Of a stretch of DNA of 64,000 nucleotides, positions 38,601-64,000 are shown piece by piece. Made by a program: the position numbers and the translations under genes. Each line of letters opens with the position of its first letter. Position 1 is the stretch's first letter. The notes below the pieces were generated by a model that did no database searches, was not told the DNA's origin, and was given only the letters and a program-made list of their open reading frames with translations. The stretch comes from Tubulanus polymorphus (lineage: Eukaryota > Animalia > Nemertea). The stretch is taken from the NCBI RefSeq assembly GCF_964204645.1, contig NC_134032.1, positions 16,294,275-16,358,274 on the forward strand. The letters run 5' to 3'.

Positions 38601-41424
38601 GCGATCGGGTATCAAGATCAGCCCACACAGCACGTCTGCAGATCGACACTTCTAGAGTTGTCCCTGTGGATGGTGCGGCTGATGAAAGCAATCGGGAGGA
38701 AGGGGTAAGAGTAAATAGGAAGCAGCCGAGGAGGGATGGTGGTGGGGCAGGTGCGGGTCCTGCTGCACCTCCTCTATCAGAAATTAGTCAGAAAGAGTCC
38801 GGGGACGGCTGTCTGAAGGAGATCTGACGGAGGTAAGAATCTTTATTTGTTTTGTCTTATTCTATTTGAGTTTGAAAGATGAATTGAATTCAATGTTTTG
38901 AGTCTGCACAGTTATCACTCAACTCAGAATTCAGTTGTTCAGTAAATATTCTATAATCCTATACGTCTAGTTAGCAACAAATTCAACAAAAACCTATTAA
39001 TGGAATTATAGATTTCCACGTAAAACCGTTTCGATCCGAGTAATTTTTTTTCGAATAACGGATATTTTCGCCGATCAGCGCCATCTGCGGAGTCATGCCG
39101 TCTGACTGTTGATTGTCATAGATAACATCATAAATATAAAATAAAAAAGTTAAATTTAAAAAAAAATTAAATTAAATTAAAAAAAAAAAAAATAAAATAA
39201 AATAAATTTGTATTCGTTAAGAAATTGCGGAAAGTACAATTTTGACAGCATTTGCCCTTTAATCCGATTGATCTGCTCTGTTTTGGGGCAACCTCCTCGA
39301 TAGAGTTAGAAGAACAGAATCGTTGTTCCGGCACTGGACCCGGCGGGGTTCTGTTTCAGGATCCACAGTTCACCTATGACAAACTGCTTTAGAATTCAAA
39401 CTAGTTTTGTAATTAATGTATGTGATTTTAATGAATTGTATTATTGTTTTTACAGCACTTGCATTCCGTATTCGACGTGCGTTCCGGCGAGAGGAGTTCG
39501 TCAGATTATTTCTACCTGAGTGTAAGTAGTTCAACTATTTTCATACAATATCCTTAAGGGCAGCTATAAGAGTGTCACCTGATATCTCAAAATCTAGTCA
39601 AAATATTCAACCAATTATTAGCCCCACAAAGTTTAGAATCTCTGATACTCAATTTGCTCGTAGCGAGACAAACAATTCACGTTTCAGTTAGAAAAACTAC
39701 ATTTTTCGTTGAATCATTAAGAAATTGTAATGTGACAAATAATCATGCAACCTTACAACAAAGTAAAACTGTTTAAATTACTGATCTTTTCCTAGTTATT
39801 CCAAAAACAATAAACAATCTGATCAGCGATTGCGGCTAAATCAACGCAATAACTATTGATATAACATTCTAATAGTGTCAGGCGCCCCCTGGTGGGATAA
39901 TATTCATATTTACAGCGTTTGAAACCCTTCGACTCGTTGTTTAATGTATTTCTCTCTTTCTATTTTACAGTCATAGATATTCTACAGGAGTGCCCCTTTA
40001 GGGGGCCCATTGAGGATTTTGCGCAAAACTTGGTACCAGATAGGATCCCACCACCGGTGGCCCGGCATACCGATGGAGAGTGGGAGGAGCGTTAATTACC
40101 CCTTATACCCGGGGGGGCTCTTTACAGTTCATCTCACTGGAATATTTAATAGATTTGATGAATTCAGTTTGTCGCAGTGAAAATGCACGATTTAATCTTT
40201 AAAATGATTTTATTTTTCTAGAACACGACATTAGACTCCACCGTCCCGCTGTCGCCCGTACGACCGGTAAGTTATAATTCTAGTTTGATGTTTTTCAGTA
40301 CTATAAGATGACAATGATGTATATCCCAAATAAATGTCTCATATTCGTCATCCTTAATAATTTTTCTTTTCATTTCAGCTGAAAGTATTGCCATTGAATT
40401 TGCTAAACAACAAGGAGAGGCTGAACAAGGCTACGAGGCAGCTACCCAACTATGGGAATCAGTAATAAGGTGTGGCAAAAAAAATAATCCCACCCCAAAG
40501 CTGTCTCAACAGCCTGAGGAGCCAGCTCCACGAACCCCTGAGTTGGCTCCTCCGCAGGTGGTGGACCCTGTTTCGCCGGTGCAGGTGTTTATAGGTGTTT
40601 ATTTGCTGAATCGCTGGTTTTCTCATTTTGATTTTTAATACTGATATTTAATTCTATGCTAAACAAATTTTTTATTTTTTCTCTTTACAAACACGACCAC
40701 CGCCTAAAAAAACCAAAAGAAAAAGTTGCGGTCGTCGTGGCTCCTCAGGGAGGGGAGGCAAGAGTTGCCCCTGCGGATGGTGCGGCTGATCAAGGCAATC
40801 AGGAGGAAGGGGTAAGAATAAATAGGAAGAGGCCGAGGAGAGATGGTGGTGGGGCTGGGGCTGGTGCGGGTCCTGCTCCTCCTGCTCCTCCATCCGTATC
40901 TCGGGCGGTCACTCGTTCACTCGCCAGACAATGTTGTTCCAGCACTACAGCATTGATCAGAAAGAGTCCGAGGGCGGCTGTATGGTGAAAAATTTTTAGC
41001 CTGACCGATGAGGAATCACCTGACCAGGCGGGGAATCACCTGACCTAATTTACATTTTTGAGGAGAAATCCATTAGTAGCCGAGGTGTCTGACTTGTACT
41101 TTACATTCTGTTGAGCGATTGTTACTAGATTCACCTGTTTATTAGTTACTTTATGTTCAGTACTCTACTGAGTGAACCATATACAGGAATAATTGACTAA
41201 ACTGTGCATGATTCATGTCTGATATAATAATCTATTTTCATATGATTTAATTGTTTTATTTATTTTTCTAGAAAATGCCAAAAGCTATAAAAAAATCTGT
41301 TCGCGGGCGCGGGCGGCCCGGGCCGCTTACGTCAAGTCCTTCGGTAAGTTCAAATTTACTGCTTTCATGCTAATTTATTCATACTATATTAGAAAACAAG
41401 TGTAAAAACAGGTAGAGTCAAAGT
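35641..41424 (+). pseudogene. Scrambled, inverted mosaic of orphan-gene-family exons and intron flanks
   Basis: Segments match reverse complements of parts of 19.1-32.1 kb in non-colinear order. Exon copies at 37451-37501, 37732-37776, 39456-39521, 39971-40059, 40222-40266, 40691-40926 (acceptor AG mutated to AA) and 41272-41343. Confidence 0.8.
36230..37079 (+). pseudogene. Intronless, disrupted distant paralog of the orphan gene (Pro/Ala/Glu-rich)
   Basis: ORF 36401-36775 plus a frameshifted continuation ending VELVARGPGWSRIIEFDDPITLLRDVEGAFHGEYKFIKRRRTR* (TGA 37077-37079); internal stops; 36381-36586 matches the intron-flanked exon at 40379-40584. Confidence 0.55.
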
Positions 41425-41934
41425 CCCTGCTTGCAGAGATTTAATATTTCTACCCTGCATGATTTTTGTAATTCTTTTTATTGTTGATGGTGAAATAATT
41501 ATCATTATTCTCTTTCTATTCGCTTTAAATCAAACTTTTATAAATAATATTTTGCAAAAATCTACGCGAAGAAAGTTGGATATAGGTGGCGCTGTTTAAC
41601 ATGTACAGGTCGAGCTGCTATACGCGTCCCATGGAAAGTGAAAATAAATTTGTATTCATATTTATTTAAGAAGGATCTAAGATTCATCAGAGTGAGAAAT
41701 ACAAGCAGTGAAGAACCAATTAATTTAATGCACAATCATATATTTATATATAAACTATAGGAGTTTAAACCTTAATTTTCATATTTTTTCCTAAGTCCCT
41801 ATTTTTCTTGCAATCATAAAAAGACAGCAGAAACAGCTGAACAGAAAAACATTGAAAACATTGGAAACAGCTGAACAGATAACATTGGAAACAGCTGAAC
41901 AGATAACATTGGAAACAGATGAAAAGATAACAAA

Positions 41935-42190
41935 AATCACCTGACCGGGCGGGGAATCACCTGACCGGGCGGGGAATGACCTGACCGGGCGGGGAATCAC
42001 CTGACCGGGCGGGGAATGACCTGACCGGGCGGGGAATCACCTGACCGGGCGAGGAATCACCTGACCGGGCGGGGAATCACCTGACCGGGCGGGGAATCAC
42101 CTGACCGGGCGGGGAATCACCTGACCGGGCGGGAAATCACCTGACCGGGCGGGGAATCACCTGACCGGGCGGGGAATCACCTGACCGGGC
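41935..42190. repeat. 20-bp minisatellite, about 13 copies
   Basis: TCACCTGACCGGGCGGGGAA; a short related seed at 41000-41046. Confidence 0.95.
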
Positions 42191-42291
42191 TGGGAGGCGG
42201 GGAGTTTTGAAAACTTGCATCTTTATTTCCTATACACTGAAAAAATTCTTAAGGCTTAAAGATTGAAATATTTCTACTTATCTTTTCTTTC

Positions 42292-42921
42292 ATGCTGCTC
42301 CTGCGAGTGTGGTGGTCTCAGTGGATGCTGCTCCTGCGAGTGTGGTGGTCTCAGTGGATGCTGCTCGTGAGAGTGTGGTGGTCTCAGTGGATGCTGCTCC
42401 TGCGAGTGTGGTGGTCTCAGTGGATGCTGCTCCTGCGAGTGTGGTGGTCTCAGTGGATGCTGCTCCTGCGAGTGTGGTGGTCTCAGTGGATGCTGCTCCT
42501 GCGAGTGTGGTGGTCTCAGTGGATGCTGCTCCTGCGAGTGTGGTGGTCTCAGTGGATGCTGCTCCTGCGAGTGTGGTGGTCTCAGTGGATGCTGCTCCTG
42601 AGAGTGTGGTGGTCCCAGTGGATGCTGCTCCTGCGAGTGTGGTGGTCCCAGTGGATGCTGCTCCTGCGAGTGTGGTGGTCTCAGTGGATGCTGCTCGTGA
42701 GAGTGTGGTGGTCTCAGTGGATGCTGCTCCTGCGAGTGTGGTGGTCCCAGTGGATGCTGCTCCTGCGAGTGTGGTGGTCTCAGTGGATGCTGCTCGTGAG
42801 AGTGTGGAGGTCTCAGTGGATGCTGCTCCTGCGAGTGTGGAGGTCTCAGTGGATGCTGCTCGTGAGAGTGTGGTGGTCTCAGTGGATGCTGCTCCTGCGA
42901 GTGTGGTGGTCTCAGTGGATG
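42292..42921. repeat. 33-bp minisatellite, about 19 copies
   Basis: GATGCTGCTCCTGCGAGTGTGGTGGTCTCAGTG. Confidence 0.96.
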
Positions 42922-43537
42922 TTCCATGTTCTCAAGAGGAATGCCTGAAATCATAAAATTCAAATGTTATAAAAACCAGTTTGATTGATCTGAAAATTAT
43001 GAAGCAAAGGTGGTCACAGGGGCGCGGTCCTAGTATTGTGTGACACTAAGGTAACGATTGAAACAGCAGCAGCAGAAGCTGCAGCAGCAACATCAATGGT
43101 TAGAGACTTTGATGGGTGTAATGCTGGTGGTGGCGGTATCAGTCAGTGGAGAGTTGTAAAACCCTAAACTAACAACATTTCACGGATTTGGTAACTTGTG
43201 ACCTGTACGTGTTTTTTAGATGACATCATATCGGGTCTGTTCATTCTCATGTTGTGCAATAAATGTTTTTAATCATCTTTGGTGATAACCTCTTTCGACT
43301 GGGCTTATAAATATAACTGGTTTAGTTTGTGATAGAGACCACACACTGGTTACAGACAGTGATACCGGCTGAAGCGCACACGTGTCACTACAGTCGTATT
43401 AGTGAAATGCTGAAGAGGAAGTGACTGGATTGCGGGGATTCCCCTGCAGAAATTCATCGCGCATTAAACTCTTTTGCTGCAGGTGTAACGATTATATTGG
43501 AGAGCGGAAGGAGGTAGATGCAATCCTCGCTTGCCAG

Positions 43538-43686
43538 GGCCACCTTCGGTTATCTGAGTTAGTCGAACTAAGTGAAACCGAATGTCCGTTAGTCGGAACT
43601 ATAGTCCGGAAATAGTTCGAAAATCAAGCGCATTCGATTATTTGTTCCGACCACTAGTCGACTAGATACGAAAACCGAATTTGGCC
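43538..43686. mobile_element. Harbinger/PIF-like MITE, same family as 5457-5625
   Basis: TIRs GGCCACCTTCGGTT / AACCGAATTTGGCC, CAG target duplication. Confidence 0.7.
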
Positions 43687-45188
43687 CAGGGGTCTGGTAT
43701 CGCTCAACGACTGACGTCATATATCAACTTGCGGAATACTTCCTTTCGCTGATCGCCGATTGGTCCATTTAACGGAATATCCAACTGACGGTTGTTACAA
43801 GCGCTGTGATTGGCCCGGTTCGAGAACAGATCAAAGCGCAGTGGGTTCGAATCCCTAGTGGGTGTCAAGATGAACTGAGGGTGGGACAACTTATAAAACA
43901 ATGGCATAATCCACGACAAATTTTGGTGGTGATTGCAAATTTACTTCCTTTGTGCAACTTCTAAGCAAAGTCCTGATGCTTTCTAGAACATTAACTGCAT
44001 TGAGATTTCCAGACAATAAATATGAATGGTGCCCTTTTGTTTATAGAATTATCAGCCTCGTCTTGTGAAAATGTGTGCCCCCTTTCTACCTATGGGATCA
44101 GACTATTATGAAAAGGGGCAGGAAATTTTGAAGACAGTAGCACATGCGCGTGGAGCATCATACCGTCTGAATCCGGAGCCAGCCTAGTTTCGTTGAATGT
44201 CAAACCACTTGCTTCCAGATAGGAAATTGCGCAACAAGTTTTCAACACCTTTCATTGAGCAAGAAACAAACGGTTTTCAGGAATCCTAATGAATATATGA
44301 TTTAAATAACTTACTCTTGTCTGTTTTATCCGACCAAAAGGCGCTCATCGAGACATTCTTTCATTATAGTGCTTTTAACTGTTTTTTAGATACCTACAAA
44401 AGAATACAAAATATTGTACATTTCTAAATGAAATAAATGGAGCTTAAAACGACAAGAATTAAACAGTACCAATTAGTTCAATTGTAATTTGAAACAATTG
44501 GCCGAGACAGTTTTGTGAACAAATTTAAACCTAGATATTAACTGTTTAATTATGTGACCAATCCCAATTAAACTGAAAAGTTTAACAATTCACATTTCGA
44601 AAATGAACTTTTTGTTTTTAACTATTCGAGTCAAACTAAACCGATAACAGTTGAACCGGGTTCAGAAAAATGTAGTTAAAATGAAAAAGAGTTCGTGAAG
44701 CTTTTCTAAAATATATTTCTATCGGTTTGAACACTTACAGTTGAACCAAATGTAGAAGTTCCTGAGTTTCGGGAGCATTTTTCGCAGACGTGTTTGCTGT
44801 CTGGCGTCCTGTGGTCGAAAGGAATGTTGGATCAGGGTCGCGGTCCATCCATGCGTCCGTTGAACAATACCTCTCATATCCAATGGTAGCGTCGGAAATG
44901 GAATGCGCGCCGAGACCATTGTGAAAAAAGTCGATTAGAATCGAACTGACCTGAACCTACATCCGGATACAATGGCAACAGTGGACCCAACATACGAAAT
45001 ATATAGGTTATAATGGGTGATAGATCCACTTACATGCTGTATGCTATTTTATAAACAGATGCTGTACTTTCTAGATAGAATAAATCAATTTCAAACATTT
45101 TTCAAATTCAGCATCTTTCTTAAGTCGATTTAATGAAAATGCGATGTGGAGGTGAAAAATTATTTTATACAAGACAAAACGTGAGACA

Positions 45189-45638
45189 CTGTGGAACTGA
45201 GTCCAGGTGGAACTGGCTCCATAACTGTGGAACTGAGTCCAGGTGGAACTGGCTCCATAACTGTGGAACTGAGTCCATGTGGAACTGGCTCCAGAACTGT
45301 GGAACTGAGTCCAAGTGGAACTGGCTCCAGAACTGTGGAACTGGGTCCAGGTGGAACTGGCTCCAGAACTGTGGAACTGAGTCCATGTGGAACTGGCTCC
45401 AGAACTGTGGAACTGGGTCCAGGTGGAACTGGCTCCAGAACTGTGGAACTGAGTCCAAGTGGAACTGGCTCCAGAACTGTGGAACTGGGTCCAGGTGGAA
45501 CTGGCTCCAGAACTGTGGAACTGAGTCCATGTGGAACTGGCTCCAGAACTGTGGAACTGGGTCCAGGTGGAACTGGCTCCAGAACTGTGGAACTGAGTCC
45601 AAGTGGAACTGGCTCCAGAACTGTGGAACTGGATCCAG
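45189..45638. repeat. 36-bp minisatellite, about 12 copies, containing a MITE TIR
   Basis: AACTGTGGAACTGRGTCCAGGTGGAACTGGCTCCAG. Confidence 0.95.
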
Positions 45639-45886
45639 AATTAGTCCATGTTTTAGTTCCGCTTTCTATTGGACATCCCTGTACATCTTTTTTTCAGTAT
45701 CAGGACCACTCTGAATCAGTAATTACTGGGCTCGAACCCGGGACACCCATGTACTCCTCTATTCAGCGTCAGGACGTCTTTGAATCAGTATCAGTAATTA
45801 CGGGGTTTGAACCCGGGACACCCCTGTACATCCCCTATTCAGTATTCAGTATCAGTACTTACTTTTGTTAAGATATCAACATTTTA

Positions 45887-46062
45887 CCGTACGGTGCTGC
45901 CGCTATGCTCATTGTTAGCGGGATTTTCATACACTAACGTAAGTCAACTCTGGCAAGCTAGGGTGAGGGAGTATAACTGGACAGCACGTCGATTGCCAGA
46001 GTTGGCTTTAGTTAGTGTATGAAAATCCCGCTAACGATGAGCTTAGAAGCAGCACCGTACGG
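45887..46062. mobile_element. Fold-back MITE-like palindrome
   Basis: About 70-bp arms CCGTACGGTGCTGC...CAACTCTGGCAA and TTGCCAGAGTTG...GCAGCACCGTACGG. Confidence 0.7.
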
Positions 46063-49000
46063 CTGGATTTATCGGATATTGACCTGAAATATATAGTTCA
46101 CTAAAAATCTAATAGATGGCGATCATATAGGAATTCACAATGAGTGTTTAATTTCAATCAATTAGGTATCTACATTAATAGACTTGGGTTTGAACCCGGG
46201 ACGCACTCCGAGTGGGACAGCATTTAATGCATAATAGCAAAATCACTTAAAATCAAATTGATTGCAGAAAAATCCATACTTTTTTATTCTTCAAACAAAT
46301 GATTATAAATTTCAATTCGAAATCAACAAAAACTATACCAGGATCGCTGATACCAGGATCGCTGATACCAGGATCGCTGGAATCAGGAATCACTGATACC
46401 AGGATCGCTGATACCAGGATCGCTGGAATCAGGAATCACAGATACCAGGATCGCTGGAATCAGGAATCACTGATACCAGGATCGCTGATTTCAGGAATCA
46501 CTGATACCAGGATCGCTGAAAATCACTTCAAACACCTTTCACAATTTATTTATTTATACAAGAAAAAGTATCAAAACGTAGCGAAAAATTGGGTTAATTT
46601 TGAAAGTTAAGAATCCTCGTTTTAAAATCTATTCACAAATTTACACAGCATTATTTGGGTTCGCATGAGAAAATGCGATCAAGTTTCGCACATTCAGCAG
46701 TATTCGATTTCAGATTTTTTTAAACTCATCACCGAGTTAAAAATGAGTTCCTGGGTCCAGAGGGCGCTGCATATGCTCAATAGTTAGTTAGAGTTAACCA
46801 GTGGATGGTTGATATAGTAACAATTAAAACTTAATTGTAATCATGTTATCTTTCAGCAGGTTATACATATGTAACTCACGTTTGAGGAACTGCAGCGCCC
46901 TCTAAATATTGTAGAGTGCAACTAGGTCCAAGATTTCCTTCAAATCGAAAAAAAAACATTCTAAATAGGATAAAACATGTATATTGATTATAAATATGGA
47001 ATAAATTATGAATATGTGCCATAAAAGTTACCAGCATCTCGGCTTCACGAGGTGACCTTGAACCTTGACCTTGCAATGACAAGGTCAAGGTACTAAGCGT
47101 ACCGTACTTGTATTACTGAACCGGAACTCGACCGGAAATGAGTGACGTGTGATATTGAGATTGATAGAACGTCGCCCTTAATTACAATAAGCACTCTGTT
47201 AAACACAGAAACCCTAGGGCTGATCTCATCCTCGCGAGCCCTAGGGCTTCACGTCCTCACTAGCCCTAGAGCTTCTCGTCCCTCACTAGCCCTAAGGCTT
47301 CACATGCTCGTGAGCCATTTAATGCTTATACAATCGTGTAGATATATCTATGAAAGTGACTTCTAATTATCATTTTACTAGATATATTATATAAATTAAC
47401 AAATATCTCTTTGACTCAGTAATAAACAATGACTAGACAGCTGTAGGTTAGACAGCTGCTAAATAGACAGCCGCTAAATAGACAGCCGATAGATAGACAG
47501 CCGCTAACTATCATTTCATCACAACGAAATATTCACTATTTCTGTTTTTCCTATTTTTAAGATTCGTCAGAAAATTCGCGGACGAAATAAATTCTCTTTC
47601 GACTATAGACCCTTAAAGAGTAATGACGTCATAGTGGGGATGCAAGTAAGCGGCCATCTTTTTTCGGAAGGATCTATAGTATTAATAGACGAAATAAAAC
47701 GAATATAATTCTACGTTCTAATTCATACATCTGACATTCCTATGACGTCATCATCGACGACGTTAGATGACGTCATAACGTACTTCGAACACGCAACACA
47801 AAAAACCGTTAGCGGGATTTTCATACACTAACGTAAGTCAACTCTGGCAAGCTAGGGTGAGGGAGTATAACTGGACAGCACGTCGATTGCCAGAGTTGGC
47901 TTTAGTTAGTGTATGAAAATCCCGCTAACGATGAGCTTAGCAGCAGCACCGTACGGCTGGATTTATCGGATATTGACCTGAAATATATAGTTCACTAAAA
48001 ATCTAATAGATGGCGATCATATAGGAATTCACAATGAGTGTTTAATTTCAATCAATTAGGTATCTACATTAATAGACTTGGGTTTGAACCCGGGACGCAC
48101 TCCGAGTGGGACAGCATTTAATGCATAATAGCAAAATCACTTAAAATCAAATTGATTGCAGAAAAATCCATACTTTTTTATTCTTCAAACAAATGATTAT
48201 AAATTTCAATTCGAAATCAACAAAAACTATACCAGGATCGCTGATACCAGGATCGCTGATACCAGGATCGCTGGAATCAGGAATCACTGATACCAGGATC
48301 GCTGATACCAGGATCGCTGGAATCAGGAATCACAGATACCAGGATCGCTGGAATCAGGAATCACTGATACCAGGATCGCTGATTTCAGGAATCACTGATA
48401 CCAGGATCGCTGAAAATCACTTCAAACACCTTTCACAATTTATTTATTTATACAAGAAAAAGTATCAAAACGTAGCGAAAAATTGGGTTAATTTTGAAAG
48501 TTAAGAATCCTCGTTTTAAAATCTATTCACAAATTTACACAGCATTATTTGGGTTCGCATGAGAAAATGCGATCAAGTTTCGCACATTCAGCAGTATTCG
48601 ATTTCAGATTTTTTAAAACTCATCACCGAGTTAAAAATGAGTTCCTGGGTCCAGAGGGCGCTGCATATGCTCAATAGTTAGTTAGAGTTAACCAGTGGAT
48701 GGTTGATATAGTAACAATTAAAACTTAATTGTAATCATGTTATCTTTCAGCAGGTTATACATATGTAACTCACGTTTGAGGAACTGCAGCGCCCTCTAAA
48801 TATTGTAGAGTGCAACTAGGTCCAAGATTTCCTTCAAATCGAAAAAAAAACATTCTAAATAGGATAAAACATGTATATTGATTATAAATATGGAATAAAT
48901 TATGAATATGTGCCATAAAAGTTACCAGCATCTCGGCTTCACGAGGTGACCTTGAACCTTGACCTTGCAATGACAAGGTCAAGGTACTAAGCGTACCGTA

Positions 49001-49706
49001 CTTGTATTACTGAACCGGAACTCGACCGGAAATGAGTGACGTGTGATATTGAGATTGATAGAACGTCGCCCTTAATTACAATAAGCACTCTGTTAAACAC
49101 AGAAACCCTAGGGCTGATCTCATCCTCGCGAGCCCTAGGGCTTCACGTCCTCACTAGCCCTAGAGCTTCTCGTCCCTCACTAGCCCTAAGGCTTCACATG
49201 CTCGTGAGCCATTTAATGCTTATACAATCGTGTAGATATATCTATGAAAGTGACTTCTAATTATCATTTTACTAGATATATTATATAAATTAACAAATAT
49301 CTCTTTGACTCAGTAATAAACAATGACTAGACAGCTGTAGGTTAGACAGCTGCTAAATAGACAGCCGCTAAATAGACAGCCGATAGATAGACAGCCGCTA
49401 ACTATCATTTCATCACAACGAAATATTCACTATTTCTGTTTTTCCTATTTTTAAGATTCGTCAGAAAATTCGCGGACGAAATAAATTCTCTTTCGACTAT
49501 AGACCCTTAAAGAGTAATGACGTCATAGTGGGGATGCAAGTAAGCGGCCATCTTTTTTCGGAAGGATCTATAGTATTAATAGACGAAATAAAACGAATAT
49601 AATTCTACGTTCTAATTCATACATCTGACATTCCTATGACGTCATCATCGACGACGTTAGATGACGTCATAACGTACTTCGAACACGCAACACAAAAAAC
49701 CGTTAG
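45914..49706. repeat. 1,894-bp direct tandem duplication (45914-47807, 47808-49701)
   Basis: Identical ORF pairs offset by 1894; GTTAG at 45914, 47808 and 49702; only about two differences noticed. Confidence 0.95.
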
Positions 49707-50333
49707 GTTTTAAATTTCGGTGAAGTTTTTACATCACCAATAGAAACAGAAACTAGAGACTCGTTACGCAAACAATAAACTATCATTACTAATCATAATT
49801 ATAATTATAATCATTTTAAATCGTTAATATAATTTACTATAACTTATAAATCAAGCCATGCTATAATAAAAACGAAAACAGAATTTCACATTTCAAATAT
49901 AGACCCTTCTGTTCCAGAGTCTGATTGTGTTTGTATCTGTGACGGAATCAGAGCCCTCTGTCGTCCAATATGTGTAACTATAACCATCACGTTGAAACCG
50001 AGCGAGCGACAATTCAGCGGGAATAGTGCTAGCACCTGAAATAGCAGCTACTGCTGCTGCTGCTGCTGCAATCGCAGCTAGTAAACAAGGACCTGGTACA
50101 CCTAGTGGACGTATGCATGTCACCTCTTGCCTCATACAGGGAAACCACGTGACATCTCGTATCGGTTCACGTGACCTCGTCCTCACACAGGGGTCACCCT
50201 CCACTGAAAATATAAACATAATATCTTCATCAGTATGTGATTGAAATAAGTAGCGCGATGAACGTAATTGTTTTTGGGGTCTCTGAAATCAGCAAACACA
50301 TAAATAATGTGATCTATCAGTTTACCGACTAGA

Positions 50334-63468
<13,135 letters not shown>

Positions 63469-64000
63469 CTGCGGAGAGAAATCGATTACACGTAGTAACA
63501 CTCTACTGGACTGACTTCTTCTACGAATCGGGTTCAAATGTCAGAGAAGATAAACAAATTATTATTATTATTATTATTATTAAGATCTAAGACGAATATA
63601 AAATGAAAGATTCTGGGTGCTGTGGTGGCATTATTGACGGCACCAATTGATCGACCATGAGATTCGTGTTAATTGTACTGCCATGATATCTTCTACTAAC
63701 TCTCCATTAAACTCGACCTTATTTGATTGAACATCTTATTCACTGCTATTATTCATAAGAACTTATCGATTATCAAGTACATAGTTATCCATTATCATTA
63801 TGTATTTAATATTTTTCCGAAGGCACCTGAACGTCCTCAGAGATTGTAACAGCCTTTATGGCTCTGTTTCAAGCTCTTTTAATCAATTTCCTATTTCTAT
63901 CATTTTTACCATGGTATTATATAGACAGTACCAATGTTACTATAGATGGTACCGTGGTATCATGAGCAATACCACTGTAATTATAGATGGTACCGTGGTA

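Noticed and set aside
45133-45871. Repeat ORFs (CGTESRWNWLQN and others)
   Set aside because: Translation of a 36-bp TIR-containing minisatellite, open on both strands.
46299-49260. Duplicated small ORFs as a gene pair
   Set aside because: They are identical only because of the 1,894-bp duplication; low complexity with no convincing gene structure.

Overview
Eukaryotic, intron-rich, AT-rich animal (probably invertebrate) DNA. No prokaryotic operons, rRNA, true tRNA genes or CRISPR arrays are visible. (1) 50.3-63.5 kb, minus strand: the 3' part (18 exons traced by hand, about 1,480 aa, continuing past the window end) of a long coiled-coil protein gene resembling the SOGA/MTCL family, with a candidate 24-nt microexon and alternative last exons. 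(2) 19.1-31.9 kb, minus strand: a 10-coding-exon, about 343-aa Pro-rich orphan gene that the ORF track mostly misses. It has five consecutive phase-0 exons of 30-51 nt, an RGRP motif and NLS-like motifs, and several introns are filled with different minisatellites. (3) 35.6-41.4 kb, plus strand: an inverted, order-scrambled mosaic of exons and intron flanks of that gene family. It includes an intronless, disrupted distant paralog that shares a short C-terminal motif with the orphan protein. (4) More than 25 minisatellite or microsatellite arrays (several apparently derived from MITE sequence), Harbinger-like MITEs, tRNA-derived SINEs and a near-identical 1,894-bp tandem duplication. All gene models come from manual reading of splice sites and phases. 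Homology calls are from memory and were not database-checked.
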